From the NCBI GenBank assembly GCA_039096225.1, contig JBBPEB010000002.1, positions 1,116,001 to 1,180,000 of the forward strand: a DNA stretch of 64,000 nt, in the 5' to 3' direction. Positions 16,400 to 43,607 of this stretch are shown in pieces. The notes below the pieces were generated by a model that was not told where the DNA came from, ran no database searches, and was given only the letters and a program-made list of their open reading frames with translations. Position 1 is the stretch's first letter. Every line of letters starts with the position of its first letter. Source of the DNA: Blastocystis sp. Blastoise. Its lineage: Eukaryota > Protista > Bigyra: Opalinata. The position numbers and the translations under genes were made by a program.

Positions 16400-19300
16400 A
16401 ATATATTTTCAATCATAATGTATCAATAGAAAGAACCAAATAACTACTAAAATCATTTACCTGACTTATCAATCAAATATCACAAAGAGAGTGATAACAA
16501 TTGGTTCCTAAAGAATATACTATTTTCCAAAACATATATATAAAGTGGAATCTTAAATCGTTTACACCAACAATTTTATATTTATACATGAATTCAAAAG
16601 GAAAGAGCAAGATGTGTTATATCTATATTAAGTATCATATGAGGGATTATATATATCCGAAAGAGTATTAGAATATATGATATAATAGAAAGTAATGTGG
16701 ATTTTATATTATAATAGCATGAAATAAGTATTAGATTAAGATTCATGATATTATATAAAGGTTAGCATTTGAAAGATTATCAGAAGAAAAATTATTGGAA
16801 AGATTGACATAGACTTAATGAGAATATATTTATATATGTAGATCATAAAGAAGATAACTAAAAACTTGTAAATAAAATTTGAAGTTAAGAAGAAGGAAGA
16901 ATGCATATATCAACTGAATTTATAATCGGCAGTGATAAATGAGTAGAAGAGACGATAATAATTATTTTTAGTATATTTTTAAAGACAATAACATGAAGAG
17001 AGAACAATATTCGTATAAAAATATATATAAATCTATAAATAGAAATACAATAAATAAACCATAAGAAGTAATAAGAAGTTGATTTCTATATTATATCATC
17101 ATGAGTAAAAGAACAAACGGAGTAAATTGTATATAATAGTTAGACATTGTATAAATAATATGAAGTAACGGCTGATAACGGAAAAAGCAGGTGTAAATAT
17201 ATATAAGCATATTAATTATGTACATATGCACTTAAGAAGATATAATATCTAAAGTAATAGAAATGAAAATAAATTTAGAAAATAAACAATTCGAGAACTA
17301 CCTCAACCGTATTCAACAAAATAGAAGAAATACAAATAGTATTATAGTATTCATATCAGCATGAATGTAAGATGTATATAGATAATAAGTTAAAGGGAGT
17401 TGAAATGGTTTAAAGTAAATAGAGATAGTATTTTATTAAATAACAGTACGAAAGAAATATGGAGACATAGATCCTATTATATAATTATATCATTTTTGGA
17501 AAATGAGAGTAATTAGAAATGAGAAAGAATAGAAGGAATAGAAGGTGTAGATACTAGGCTTTTATAAAAAATTAAATAAGAAGAAGAGAATGTACACAAT
17601 AATAATAAATAAGAGTAGCCATATAAATATGTTTAAGTAACAAAAAGAGCAAAACCTTAGAATGAAGAGAAATAATAAAAATATCTTTTGTGGTATATAG
17701 ATAATAGTAATACAACAATGAGAACAAATCCTAACTTTGATTACTAAAATCCATGATGAGTAGTGCCAAGAGAGAAATTGTTGGAAAGAAAAAGAAAGGA
17801 AACGAACGAGAAGAATTATAAAAAACGATAGTAAGAAATAGGACTAATAAAAATATTCAAACCCATATTATTTAGACAAGAAATGGAAAATGCTTCTGAA
17901 ATAATAACTGTGTAAATAGGAAATACAATAAACATGAGCATTAAAGAATATGAAGAGAGATAATGATGAAGCAGTATTAAAATGAATAAGTCTAATAATG
18001 AGCACACAATATACACAATAGAAGCACTAGAAATAAAAGAAAAGTGGATAAAGAAATAGAGATAATGAGGAAGTATAGGATTAAAAATAGGCACAAAAAT
18101 AAGTAGACCATGGGATAATATATAGAACATGAGAAAACGAAGAAAACCATAAATGAAGGATATGAATATGTATATGAAGAGTATATTTGAATGAAATATG
18201 AAAATAAATTAATTGAGTATGTTTTCAATTATAGAAACAAATATAAAAATAAATCTGTTAGAATAATAAAACTAAGATATATAATAATATATAATAGTGA
18301 GGAATTTGTAATTATTAAAGGAAAAGAAAATCGTCATTAAATCTCATAGTATGTTTAATAGAGAAATATGAAACGACTATTAGAATAACATAAGAACATA
18401 AAGAATTCTATCATAGGAGAAAAAGGAATATCAACTAAGGATAATATAAAAGTAATATAAAAATAGCACATCTAGAAACTCTTTAATAAAGGGAAAAGAA
18501 CATGCAGGTGAAGTATTACGAATGATCACATAATAATTGAAAAGCACCAGAAGAAATGAAGAGTCTAATAAATATAAAGATACCATACGAAGAAGATAGG
18601 AAGAGACTGAAAAACCAGAAAACTAATACAATTAATGTAATGCTATAATACCTTAAAAGAACAAAAGATGAAATAAGATAAGGAAATAAGATAAGGTTTA
18701 TAACTAAAAATTCAATATATAATAGTAGACTAACGATAACATGAAGAGAAGTTGAAGAATAATTAACCAAGATGAAAATATATACAAAGAATAAAAAGAA
18801 ATTCAAAAATTTTATACAGAAAACTACAACAAAGAAATATCATATAGATACTTTCCTGTATAATAGCATATTAAAGAATTACACAATAAGATACTAAAAC
18901 ATTCAAAAACTTATAATAGTAAACTTGATAGAATAAGAGTACATGATAATATTGTAATATAGACAAAAGGATTTAAGGATGAAAAGAAATAAACATCAAT
19001 TGTTACTAATCTGCTACTATCTTCAGTAGAAACTTATGTATGTTAGTAACCATAGTAAGTATTAATCGCAGAGATGAAGTGTTTAAGTATTTATTAAATA
19101 CTAGAATAAGAATAAGAAAATTCATAATAAGTAAATCTATAAGAAAATGTCATCGTTATATATAAATACCATTATAATACAGTATGAAAAAAGGAAGTAT
19201 CAGAAAAATAAAAAACAAAAACAAAATAATTAGCACTTATAAAGTAGAACAAGCAATCAAAAGCACATTAGTCGAATAAAATCAAACATACAAACAACAT

Positions 19301-19750
19301 AAATAAAGATCTCATTAATCGCAAAGTTACAAAAAGAAAATGAGTATACTAATTCAAGAAGAGAAGTAAGGAAGTTTGGTGAGTAACCAAATCAGATGTA
19401 AATAATAAATGGAAGGCAACAAACTGTAAATATTCATAAAATTATACATTGCAAGTAATCATTCCAAGAATAAGTAACTGATAAGTATCCATCACGTAGC
19501 ACATTGTAAGATATGTGTATTGAACACTGATCATAACGAGCAAGTACGTAACAAAGCAATCAACAAACAATGGGAAATCATCATGTAGTAGATATTGACT
19601 AGTATTTAAGAGGAGTTCACAATGCAACAAAAACCAATATGAATCTTAATGATAAACCATTATTAGTTCAGAAAGCAGATAGAAAGCAAGTTTGAAAAAA
19701 TATTATAGGCAATAATCTTATTCTGATTTGAATCTTTAACAAAAGAATGA
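16400..19750 (+). other. Purine-rich, stop-riddled coding-like relic, possibly a decayed retroelement, inside the hAT element
   Basis: Strong A/G bias on the + strand, no intron-type microsatellites and no intact ORF; only weak motif echoes (IFIYVD near 16830, T*HIV near 19495). Confidence 0.25.
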
Positions 19751-19805
19751 AATTATCATTGAAATTTTTAAAGAATGACTGAAGTTTTAAAAATAATCAA
19801 ATAGT

Positions 19806-19880
19806 CAGTCCTTTCCTGACTTTGGTGACACTTGCCACCAAATTTTGTGACACTTTTTCAGCCATGCTTAATTCTGCTGA
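19806..19880 (+). mobile_element. Left end of a second hAT-type element, related to the MITE at 47004
   Basis: CAGTCCTTTCCTGACTTTGGTGACACTTGCCA...TTCAGCCATGCTTAA aligns by eye with the MITE left end CAATGTCTTCCCTGACTTTTGTGACAATTGCCA...TTCAGCCAGACTTAA. Confidence 0.65.
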
Positions 19881-20089
19881 ATTTATCAAACACATAAGGA
19901 AGTTTTTTGTAACAAAATATGATACTCATGAGTTTTGTCATCAGACTGAATGAAAGGCTTTTCACCTTATTTGTATACATGGCCATAAATCATAATATTT
20001 TTGACAAAGTTAACCTAAATATCAAAAAAATGTCTTTATAAATGAGCAAATAAAGCTATCATTTATTTGATATAAGCCATCAAACATAT

Positions 20090-26850
<6,761 letters not shown>

Positions 26851-27387
26851 TTTGTTATCAAAAATGAAATAATATTCCTTTTAAATATAAATAAGAAAAT
26901 AACGATCACTATAATAAACTAATATACAAATAAATCAATGAAATAATAATGATAAAAAGCAATTATAATATAATTAATATAAATACTAAATAAACCTTAT
27001 AGATAACGCACAATAAATACTCTTGAAAAATACTGATCATCCTGCACTATAAAATAAAGATAAATCAAATAAATATTACAAATGAAGAAACGAATTATAT
27101 ACAAAAAATATTTGTTGATCCATTTGAACCATCTGGAATGCTATAGATCCTGATTTCACAGTATAAAGAGTTGTTTAAAAGCTAAAAGCCTTGATACCTA
27201 AAGAAAGAAAGTAATTAAGTAAAGCAGATTATAAAAATTAAAATAAATACTCAAGGCGAATACTCTTGATAAACTAAGTTAATTAAATTAAACCAAAATA
27301 AATGATCGTATCAAGAGATAATCAAAATAAATATATAAAAGAACAAGTTTCATAAAAAGATGTTTTTCCAAGAAATAAAAATAAAAA

Positions 27388-27460
27388 TGCCTCTTGCGAG
27401 ATTCGATCCAGCGACAATTACCATAATAGCTACAGCGCTGGTCAACTATACCAACCGATT
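27388..27460 (-). ncRNA. tRNA-like Pol III unit (A box, B box, oligo-T) without a cloverleaf, copy 1
   Basis: Minus strand reads TTGGTATAGTTGACCAGCGC...GGATCGAATCT...TTTTT with tRNA-like spacing; the acceptor stem does not pair. Confidence 0.5.
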
Positions 27461-27751
27461 TCTCAATTTTATTTTTTCATGTGTTCTATATAATAAGTTT
27501 AAAATTATTTGATATCTTCAAATATTATATTTATGCTCTTTTATTACATTTATAACATTCTAGAAATACTTAGAATTGTTTTTAAACAATAATTACTATT
27601 TTTTGAAAAAAAAGTTTGTTGATATGTTGATTCTAAACTAAAAAGCAGATATCAATGATGTAAATAATGTTTACAGATAATAAAAATGAAACAAAGTTGA
27701 TTTTAAATAAAATCATTGTAAATAGCAGTCAAAAGAAAAAGTTTAAAAAAA

Positions 27752-27824
27752 TAGTTCCTCGTAAGATTCGATCCGTCCACTATGTAAAAATTTTATACGC
27801 ACTGACCATTTGACCAAACAACTC
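27752..27824 (-). ncRNA. tRNA-like Pol III unit, copy 2
   Basis: Minus strand reads TTGGTCAAATGGTCAGTGC...GGATCGAATCT...TTTTTT; 365 bp from copy 1, with a similar upstream flank. Confidence 0.5.
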
Positions 27825-29775
27825 CCTTATAATATTTTTCATCAAGTCATATAATAATTGCAAAGCTAGTGACTACTAACCGTTTTTTTATTTTTTTATT
27901 TTTAAACATAAAAACAATATATTTTATAATATAAATATTATAAATGTGTTGTGTGACTTATTCTACATATAAAATACATTTTAAAACCATTTTATAAGGC
28001 TATTAAAAATCATTTTGTTGGACGTATTGTTTTTTCAAATCCAGCTTTTGTTCATTGTATTGTTTTTTGTTTGATTTTTGAAAAATAATATTTTAATATG
28101 CTTTTCGTTTATTTAATTTTTATTACTTGTCAGGATGTATCTGTACAGTCCCTACAAGACTACTTCATGATATTTTATAAAAATAAAAACTTTTTAATTA
28201 CATTATTATTTTTTATAATATTTTTTAGTATTTATTGACATTATTTTTCATTATAAACATAAATAAAAGTCTTTAAAATAATATACAAAAGAATATCTTA
28301 AGCAATTGACTTTTGTCACAAAATAATTTTTATTTGTCACCCAAATTAACACAAATAGTCAAATATAGGAATCATACTTGTTGTTATTTGATGACTTATG
28401 AACTTTTAAGTCATGTATCTGTCACAACATGTGTCACAAAAATCTTCTTAGATGACTTATTTCAAAACATTTATACATTATATATCAAAATAATATGTTT
28501 TAAGTTAAAAACTGTCATGTCATAGTATAATAGTCAATGAATGAATTACTTTTTTATGTCACCCGGTCTTTTTTTCATGAAAAGTGTGTAAATTAATGCG
28601 TCTTGATGAGCTGAGTTTGAAAATTTTTTGACCACTAATAATCAGTATTTAGCCAATTTAAAAGAATTCAAAGTTTTGTAAAAATTTGAAGCATGTATTG
28701 CTATTATGATTCTACTACTACTATATTATTAAGATCTACACATAATCACGCTTTTTTCCTAATTGTTAAATACTTAAAGACAATCAATCATTATAACTAC
28801 ATGATTAACATTCTAAAAATGCTAAAAAATTCAATTTGCTCTCTAATTATAATATGTGTAAGGTTATTATTTATTCAACAACAAATCAAATTACATCAAC
28901 AAACACAAACCTCGTGTAAAATGTCAAAAACATCATTATTGAGCTTATCTCGATCCTCTAAAAATTATTAAACGTTTTATTCTATGTAGATTTATAAAAA
29001 TTAAAAGAAAAATGAAATAAAAGATTTAAGCGCAAAAACAACATCGAAAAGCGCACTTTGCGCTTAAAGCGCAGTTTTGGCACACCCTGCTTAAAAATGT
29101 GTCTTATTCTTTTGATTTCAAATCAAATCAACTGTTCTCCAAAATCAAGAGAATAACCACGGTTTTCTCCAAAATTAACATTTAGAATCACACCAACAAT
29201 AGTCAGCCAATAAATTTTCTAGGAACAGAAACGCTTAAAAATAAAAAGTGATTTTAAGAATATAAAATACATATTAATACATAATTTTCTAAATATATTA
29301 AATATTTCATGTTCAATGCTTATCATACATATGTTTGCTTTGTAAAAAGCTTGATCATACAATTCAATGTGCAGTGATGAAATTGTTTTATAAGTTCAAC
29401 AATCTCTTTTAAAATTCCATAGTCTGAATAACTAATATTTAACATTCTAATAATTCGATTAAAACAAAAAAAGAAAATTCATTAAGAAAGAGAAAACTCT
29501 TTTGATATAACTTTTGCTTTTAAAATAATGACAAATATATTAAAGGTGTATAGGAAATTAATAAGCATTCATATGAAGTAGTTTAAAGCATATTTGTTTT
29601 CAAGAACTAATCGTATAAAATATATTTTTGATCAAATACACATTTATCTAAACATTTTCAACGTTGTATGCTTAGGAAATTAATTTTATTTATATAGTAT
29701 AAGAATTGTATCAGAAATTCATTATCATACATACAACCTTATTCTCAGATAGGTAAATAAGAGATTAGCTAACAT

Positions 29776-29846
29776 GCACCAGTGGTCCAGTGGTAAGATA
29801 GTTCCCTGCCACGGAACAGACCCGGGTTCGATTCCCGGCTGGTGCA
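29776..29846 (+). tRNA. tRNA-Gly(GCC)
   Basis: Acceptor stem GCACCAG/CTGGTGC, anticodon arm GTTCC-CTGCCAC-GGAAC, T arm CCGGG-TTCGATT-CCCGG, and a downstream T run. Confidence 0.97.
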
Positions 29847-30327
29847 AATTTTTATTTTAAATATATTATTTTAAAACAAAAGTCTATTAAAATATATTAT
29901 TATAACTGTTTTTTAGCAAGTAGATTATAATGAATAATTCACAAAATTTAAAACAACTTTTAGATATGAAAAAATAATAATTATCATACTTCTGAAGCAG
30001 ACAGATAATTCAAAATTTGCTTTGAGTGGCTCTGAAAAAGCATGCTAGTGATGATGCTTATTAAATAAAATGAAAAAACAATATTATAAGAATCAAGTCA
30101 ATCTCATTTTTAAGATAAGTTTTCATCAGTGTATCCATTAAGATAAATAACTAAATTATGGCTTTCCTATAATTAGATATATATTTATAATGTTCACGAA
30201 ATAAGTAAAAAAGTAAAAAAAATTCTTTCTAAAGAATTCCCAAGAAAATGAAAATAAAAAGAAGTTTTTCTAGACTTTAAAGAAGAATCATACATTTGCT
30301 TTATTCAGAAGAGAATAATTTATAACG

Positions 30328-31706
30328 ATGTCAGTAAATATTAAAACAGATCATAGTACACTTCCTGTTAAGACAACTACAAGCCCTATTTTAACTGGTG
30401 GTTCCGTTCTTGGTATTAAATATAACGATGGCATTATGGTTGCTGCAGATACACAAGGTAATTTCTCGTTTAATTCTTTTGAATCACTATTACTATTTTT
30501 TAAAAATTATTTCTATAGGATCTTATGGTAGTATGGCTATGCACAGACGTTTACAAAGAATTCACACTTTCTCTAATGGTACAATGGTTGCTGTTTCTGG
30601 AGAAATTAGTGATTATCAAATTCTTGTTGAAGAAATCGAAGAAGAATTGTATGCTTTTTTAAATATTATTTATTATTATAATGTATATGAGATCTTGTTT
30701 TGAATTAATATTTCTTTGTGTTATATATATAATATATGTGTATAATATATATGTATTATATAAATAATATATATACTATATAGAGAAAGAGAACGTTTAG
30801 AAGAAACAAATAGTATTATGTCAACTGTTGAATTATATAATTATATTCGTACATTATTATATGACAGAAGAAATGATTTTAAGCCAAATTGGAATGATAT
30901 TATAGTTGCTGGAATTGAAGAGGGAGTTCAGTATATATATATAAATATATTATATATATATATATATATGGATAATAAAGAAGAATATAAATATAAGATT
31001 TAAATATATATTCGGTACGGTTATCCTAAATAAAATAATTATATATATATATAGTATATTGTATTTATATATTTTTAATATATTAGTTTGAGTTTGATTA
31101 TATTAATATATAATATGATAACATTGTTTCCTTATATGAAATATATATATATATATTAATGATTACTTACAATATACTATTACTTTATATATATATAATT
31201 ATATAATAGAAAAAGCTATATAAATGAATTAGTTATTTCATCTAATTGTTTCCATCTATTTACATATATATAATTATATATATAGACAATTATTTGTGAT
31301 TGATCAACTTGGCACGTGCTGGGGTGACGATTACCTTGTCACAGGATTTGGTGCTTCTTTCGCTTTACCCCTTATACGTTCTAATTGGAGACAAGACTTA
31401 ACGGAAGGTGAAGCACGTGGACTATTAGAGCAAGCCCTTCGTCTCTGTTATTATGGTGATTGTAAAGCTATTAATAGAGTATATATATATTTTATTATGT
31501 TTATTATAATAATATTTATTATAATAATATTTATTGTTATTATAATTTTTATTATTATTATTATTATGTTTATTATAATAATATTTATTTATATTATGTT
31601 TATAATAATAATCTTTATTATTATGATATAGTTCCAATTAGGAAAAGTGACTGCAAACGGTGCTGTGATATCTGAACCATTCACTTTAGAAACAAACTGG
31701 GTTTAA
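30328..31706 (+). CDS. PSMB4: 20S proteasome subunit beta 7 (PSMB4/Pre4)
   Basis: TTSPILTGGSVLGIKYNDGIMVAADTQGSYGSMA, SGEISDYQ, LYDRRNDFKPNWN, TGFGASFALPLIR and ISEPFTLETNW. Stop is either TAA 31704-31706 or, after a terminal intron, TAA 31738-31740. Confidence 0.92.
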
Positions 31707-32017
31707 ATATATATTTATATATATATATTATTTATAGTAAAAAAATATATATTTATTTATTTCATTATTCTCCTGTTTATCGTTTTTTACAATTAATATT
31801 TATATACGGTTTATATAAATTTGAAAAGAATTATTACCAAGTGTTTTATTAATATATATCAACACAATTTACTTTTTAATATATAATTATGAACAAAATG
31901 AAATAAAATAATATATATAATATTATAGAAACATATATGAAAAGAAAAAGTGAAAATTTTATAAACATAAAAAAAAAATGATTATTTAAAACTTTATATA
32001 TATATATATTAGTATGT

Positions 32018-32511
32018 TTATGGATACGTGAATTGACTATTATAATGTTTCTTCCATGTATCATAATGACTAGTATGTTTCCAATAATAATAAAAATCAA
32101 TTACTTGAGCAGTTGTTTTATTAGGTAATAATTTAGCAATAGTGTGAAATTCCTTCCCCATAACGGAAACAGCACTCTCAAATACTGCAATCTCATAAGG
32201 TGTCCAATTTTCTTTATATATAATGTTTATATTATTATATTATTATTATTATTATTATTATGTTTGTTATGATATTTATTATTATTATCTTTATTATTAT
32301 GTTTGTTATGATATTTATTATTATGTTTATTAATATAAAAGTTTAAGAAGAATAGAAGAATAAGAGTTATAAATATATATATACCAGCAGGGATCATAGG
32401 TCTCAATTTACTCACTAATGCTTTTAATGAATGAACACGACGACTAAAAAACTATATATAATAATAATAATAATAGAAAATAATAATAATAATAATAATA
32501 AATATAATACT

Positions 32512-32550
<39 letters not shown>

Positions 32551-33200
32551 CATATATACAGTATTAGCATCTTTCTTATTATTGGGTAGTGGAGTAATAG
32601 TATTATATATATCACTAACTAAACCTAAATAAGTCTCCATAACTAACTCTTTCTGACCTGTGGGTCTATGATACTTTTGAAGCCTTGATGATAAAATAGG
32701 TTCAACAGTAATTGAAGAAGAAGAAATAGAAATTGGAGAACTAACTACAGCTATATATATATATATATATAGAACACAATATAAAATGATTCCTTATAAT
32801 ACAAAATATGAATAAATATACTTGACTTCACAGAAACTGGTTTTTCCTTTTCTTGTTTCGTTTTTGATTTCACACTATCTTCTCTATATACGAATCATAA
32901 TCAGATATTTATCAAAAATAATAAGAATTAAGAAACAAATATTTACTGTTGTTTTTTAGGTAATCGCTTTCCTGGAGTAATAAAGGAGTTTTTGCGCATC
33001 AGTCTTATGAGACGGATACATTTCTCATCGGAGAGAATACTGAAAATAAAATTAATTTAGATATCTTCATATATAAATTACTTGACTGAATTCGACTTTG
33101 AAGCAACCTCCTGAAGCTTCTTCAACGTTGATACAAGTTCTAAAGTTATGAAATATATATTTCAAACAGAGAAAAACATACCACTATCTCCTTCAGACAT
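32018..33200 (-). CDS. SANT/Myb-domain protein (MIER/RCOR/MTA-type SANT), multi-exon
   Basis: Last exon ENWTPYEIAVFESAVSVMGKEFHTIAKLLPNKTTAQVIDFYYYWKHT; ATG at 33200 (MSEGDS). Confidence 0.85.
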
Positions 33201-33505
33201 CAATTAAAATACTGAAAAAAACTATATGCCAATGTTATATTTATATTAATTTGTTGTTAGAAGAGTAATTCAATGCGCTATCAACCAGTATTTCAATCAA
33301 TAAATCAATACAAAGAGACAATACAATAAATAAATAAAATGATAAACATCGAAATTTTCATCATTTTCTGTCTCTGTTTCTCTGAAAGTTTGAAGTTATT
33401 CATGATTTCTTTTCAACCACGTATTTACTACAGTTAATAGTTCATACTCAGGATAAATTTCATATTTCTGTGTTAATAGGTTTACGAAATATAAAGAACA
33501 AATAA

Positions 33506-34287
33506 ATGCTGACATCTTACTCTTTTTTTAACAATCGTCTGTTAAGCGTGATATCAAAAACGTATTAGATTATATCTTTATACATAAAAATATATAGACA
33601 TGCAACTGGCAAACGATTCTCTTCAGTTCTTGTATTTGTTTTTCAACAGTTGATTTATTGTATTAGTTATTGGCTAAACAACAAAATGGTCAAATAACAA
33701 AAGATACTCTATGTTCATTAAGTGCAGTCAAAGATCTCAAGGACGTATGATTTTCTTTTGATTCCATTTATTGTATAGATTTCTGTGTTTATAAGCGGAA
33801 AACCAGAAGAAGTCAACACTTCATTATGTCAATTATCAAATATCAATGAAATTAAATCTATCTATTCATTATCTACAACAGTATTTATATTATATTTATT
33901 ATATTTAGTTATTCATTCTATTTCTTTCTTATAGAATCCAAATCATTTATTAACTGAAAATATATGTCCATTATTAGTACAACTACAAAAGAAAAACCGT
34001 ATTTCTAATTATATATACCCATAACTATTATATATTATTATATATATATATATATATAGAATTCACTCATATATGTGGTCCTATTTCTTCTATATCGAAA
34101 ACCCTTTTCCCGCGATTATCCGCCTGTTTAAATACAGATATGCTTTCGAATATTCTTTATATTGATTGGAAAAACAATATATATACTCAACCTACCTATG
34201 CTAATAATATTCATATTCACTTAAAACATAATGGATCAATTGCTGTATTTATATATATATATAATATTATTATTATTTCTATCATTT

Positions 34288-34335
<48 letters not shown>

Positions 34336-35109
34336 TTTTCTCCCTACGTCCAACGTCTTATTCCCCTATCGTGAAAGCTTCTGAACTTCAGACTTATACG
34401 CATATCAATAAGAACAAACCTATTATCCCAATGGAAATAACTACTGTTTCACCAAGAATTCAATTTATAAATATACAAACACAATCCTCAGAACGGTATA
34501 TAGTATTACTATATATAGTATTATATATATATATACTATTCTTCTTATGATATATAGTATACTATTATTCTTATTATTTTATATAGTATTATTATATATA
34601 GTATTATTTTTGTTATTATTATATAATATCTATATATACTATTATTCTTCTTCTTATTATAGACCTGATTATTCTGTGTGTCCCGCCATTGTCGTTGGCG
34701 GGAGAGGGATGGGGTCAAAAGATGCATTTAAAGATCTATATATATTAGCAGATAAACTCAAAGGAAATGGTATATATATATTTATTTATATATATTTATG
34801 AATTTGTTTATATATATTTATATATTTATATTTTTTTTTTATATATTTATATTAAATAACATATTACTATAGACATTCATTTTCTATATATAGTATAATT
34901 ATAGCATTATATATATAGTTGGAGGAACACGTGGAGCCGTTGATAACGGTTACATTTCGAACACGTGCCAAGTCGGTCAAACAGGGAAGTATATATCTCC
35001 AGAAGTATATATAGGGGTTGGAGTTAGTGGCGCGGCACAACATTTGGCGGGAATGAAAGATAGTCACGTGATCTTTGCAGTGAATAAAGACAGTCAAGCA
35101 AATATTTTT

Positions 35110-35147
<38 letters not shown>

Positions 35148-35271
35148 TGTATACATAATCTTCTAATTCGATTAATTTTTATAATTTACTTATATATATA
35201 TATAGGTATGTGATTATGGTTTAGTTGGTGACGCGCATACTGTCATTCCTGAACTTAATAAACTCTTATAA
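33506..35271 (+). CDS. ETFA: Electron transfer flavoprotein alpha subunit with a mitochondrial-type presequence
   Basis: [30 protein letters not shown] presequence; [55 protein letters not shown] and CDYGLVGD. Confidence 0.92.
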
Positions 35272-35544
35272 AAATAATATATACATATATATATTATAAT
35301 TTTTTATTTTTTAGTTCCATTTATATCGATATAGTTGTATTATATATAATAATATTATTATTATTAGTTTATTTCTATAATATTTTTTACACAATAAAAA
35401 TACATTATGTCTGAAAATACAAAAAATAATTAAATAGAATTATTTCTTAATACATATATTTTTAGAATGAATAAGAAACAACAATAAAATATAAATAAAA
35501 ACATATTTATATATATATAGCAGAAGAAAAGATAATAAATATAT

Positions 35545-35934
35545 TTATAATTCTTCTTCGAAATACTTTTTATGCCCATCAAATAAGATATCTTCTTTAA
35601 TTTTCATTTCTTTTTCTTCTTCGGTCTTTTCTATATCAATATTCTTCTTCTTAATAATCATATAACTCAACCATTTCAATTTATTTTCAACATTAGGAGA
35701 AGGTATATATAAAGATCGAATAATCGCGGGAGTATTCTCAATATCCAGATACTTTTCAGAATAAACCGTGGAAAATTCTGGTAATTCTTCATAAGCAGGT
35801 TCAATTTGATTGGATAAATGAAGATCTATTATATAATCACATTGTTCATAAGGTATATAACGATCCATTTCTTGTTTATTCATCGTGTTCATTCCCGTAG
35901 GAATTGTGAATGTACCATTAATAGTAGCATAAGG

Positions 35935-35998
<64 letters not shown>

Positions 35999-37327
35999 CC
36001 TTTGGAAGGATGCCTTTGAATCCACTTTCAATATAAGTGACGTTGAGTGCGTCATTATTAGGAATAAAGAATGACGCAGGATAACGATGCCATTCCTTTC
36101 CAAGGCAAATATTCATAGGGGATGATACTATATATTATATATAGTACATAAAAGTAAATACATTATATTAGTAAATAAATAATATATAGTACATAAAAGT
36201 AAATACATTATATTAGTAAATAAATTATATATAGTATAAAAAAGTAAATAAATTATATATAGTATAAAAAAGTAAATAAATTATATATAGTATATAAAAG
36301 TAAATAAATTATATATAGTATATAAAAGTAAATAAATTATATAATATATATATATACCAGTAGTAGTAGCTTTAAGTTGATTGTAATAGAGATTGGTGTA
36401 TACATTAATTGGAGCATGGAAATAATAAATATAAGCATAGATACGTGAAACAGAAAGACATATATATATAGCAAATACAATGTATATACTAATAGTAGTA
36501 AGTGGAGTATATATATAACGAATATATTTATTAAGTTTGGTACCTACTGATTTTATACCACTAATAATATAATCAAGAGAGAAAGCTGCTGTCATATAAA
36601 TAAAAGGATATATTATATATAAGAATCGTTCTTCCTATGTATATATATATACATAATATTAATAATATTAATAATAATAATAATACTTTATGTTCTTGAG
36701 TGAAAAATATTCCCATAAAAATATAGCAGATTCCATAATAAATGATATTGATTCCCACGGGGGAGTTCGATTTAAAAGGTGTTTTTTGTATCCAATGATA
36801 AAGGCTAACAAGAATATAGATAATAGGGAAAATGAATGCAAGAACCGCGATTATATTGAAATTAATAAGAAGATTTTTAAGGTAATAAGACCAAGGTTCA
36901 ACACCATATAATTCTGAACCTCCTCCAACTTTAAGGACATTATAGAGAACGATATTTAAACACGGAAATGTCCATGTATGATAATAGAAGTGATTGATTA
37001 ATAAATCAGGAATAACCACGGTTATACAGATCATTATAAACCAAAAGACAACACGAAGTATACCATATTTATATAAACACTATATATACATATTAATAAT
37101 AAATAGATAAAATGTAATATAAATCTAAAATATATATATAATAAATATATAATAAATATAATATAATTCTAGTATTTCTATATATACATGTAATCCCATC
37201 GGTATATAGGCAAGGCCGCTAAAAGGCCAACCGAGGACAACACCCATGGCACCGACTAATAATCCTGGGAATTCATTATTTTGGAGCCAACAACCATAAG
37301 CAAAGAAAACACTCATCCTATATATAT

Positions 37328-37377
<50 letters not shown>

Positions 37378-37960
37378 TTAAATAGATAGATATATAAAAA
37401 TAAATAATTATATTCTAAAAAAACTATAATAAAATTTACATAGCTAGAGATGAATTCAAAAAAGCAGTTGAAGAAGCAAATTGTCCACTTGAAAAGCAAA
37501 TAATAAATAATAAATATTTTGCAATTCTTACGCTAAATAACTTTGAAACTCCTTTAATAAAAACTGTTTCACAAATGGAACACATCAAAGCAAGTAAACA
37601 ACGAATGCCATAAAATACTTTTATTTTATCACCAAGAAATACAGAATTCAATAATTTACCAAAAAGAGAAAAAGGAAGAACTGTCATATAAGAACGAAGA
37701 GGATATGTAGGACTGTATTCCCATGTTTGAAACCCTTTTCCATAAAGTAAATAATGAGTAGGTTCCCAAAAATTAAAAGTTTCATCACAGTCGGAGATAT
37801 TGTTATAAAAAACACTAGCTAGATGTGACTATATACAAATTAAAATAGAAACTAGTAATATTTATATATGATCATGAATTGGATATACAACTAAGAGTAA
37901 TAGGAATGCATAAAATGCAGAGAACTTTGTACTGGACGTTTGCTTGTTCTTCTTAGGCAT
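35545..37960 (-). CDS. ALG9: Alpha-1,2-mannosyltransferase ALG9 (GT22)
   Basis: ISDCDETFNFWEPTHYLLYGKGFQTWEYSPTYPLRSY, GWPF, NIVLYNV, LYGVEPWSYYLKNL and CLGKEWHRYPASFF. Confidence 0.93.
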
Positions 37961-38051
37961 AATAAAGAAGACTAATACAATCTAAAAGTTGAATAAAACA
38001 ACAACAAAATGATTTTCAAAATTTTTTTTTCTTTTCTAAAAGAATCATGAT

Positions 38052-43607
<5,556 letters not shown>

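Noticed and set aside
27388-27824. Calling the two tRNA-like units functional tRNAs
   Set aside because: Acceptor and anticodon stems do not pair.
28129-28165. GTCAGGATGTATCTG as the right TIR of the nested element
   Set aside because: Only about 10 of 15 nt match and there is no TSD; the boundary is left unresolved.
28693-28971. 92-aa ORF near the right end of the hAT element
   Set aside because: No recognisable motif and a composition typical of chance AT-rich ORFs.
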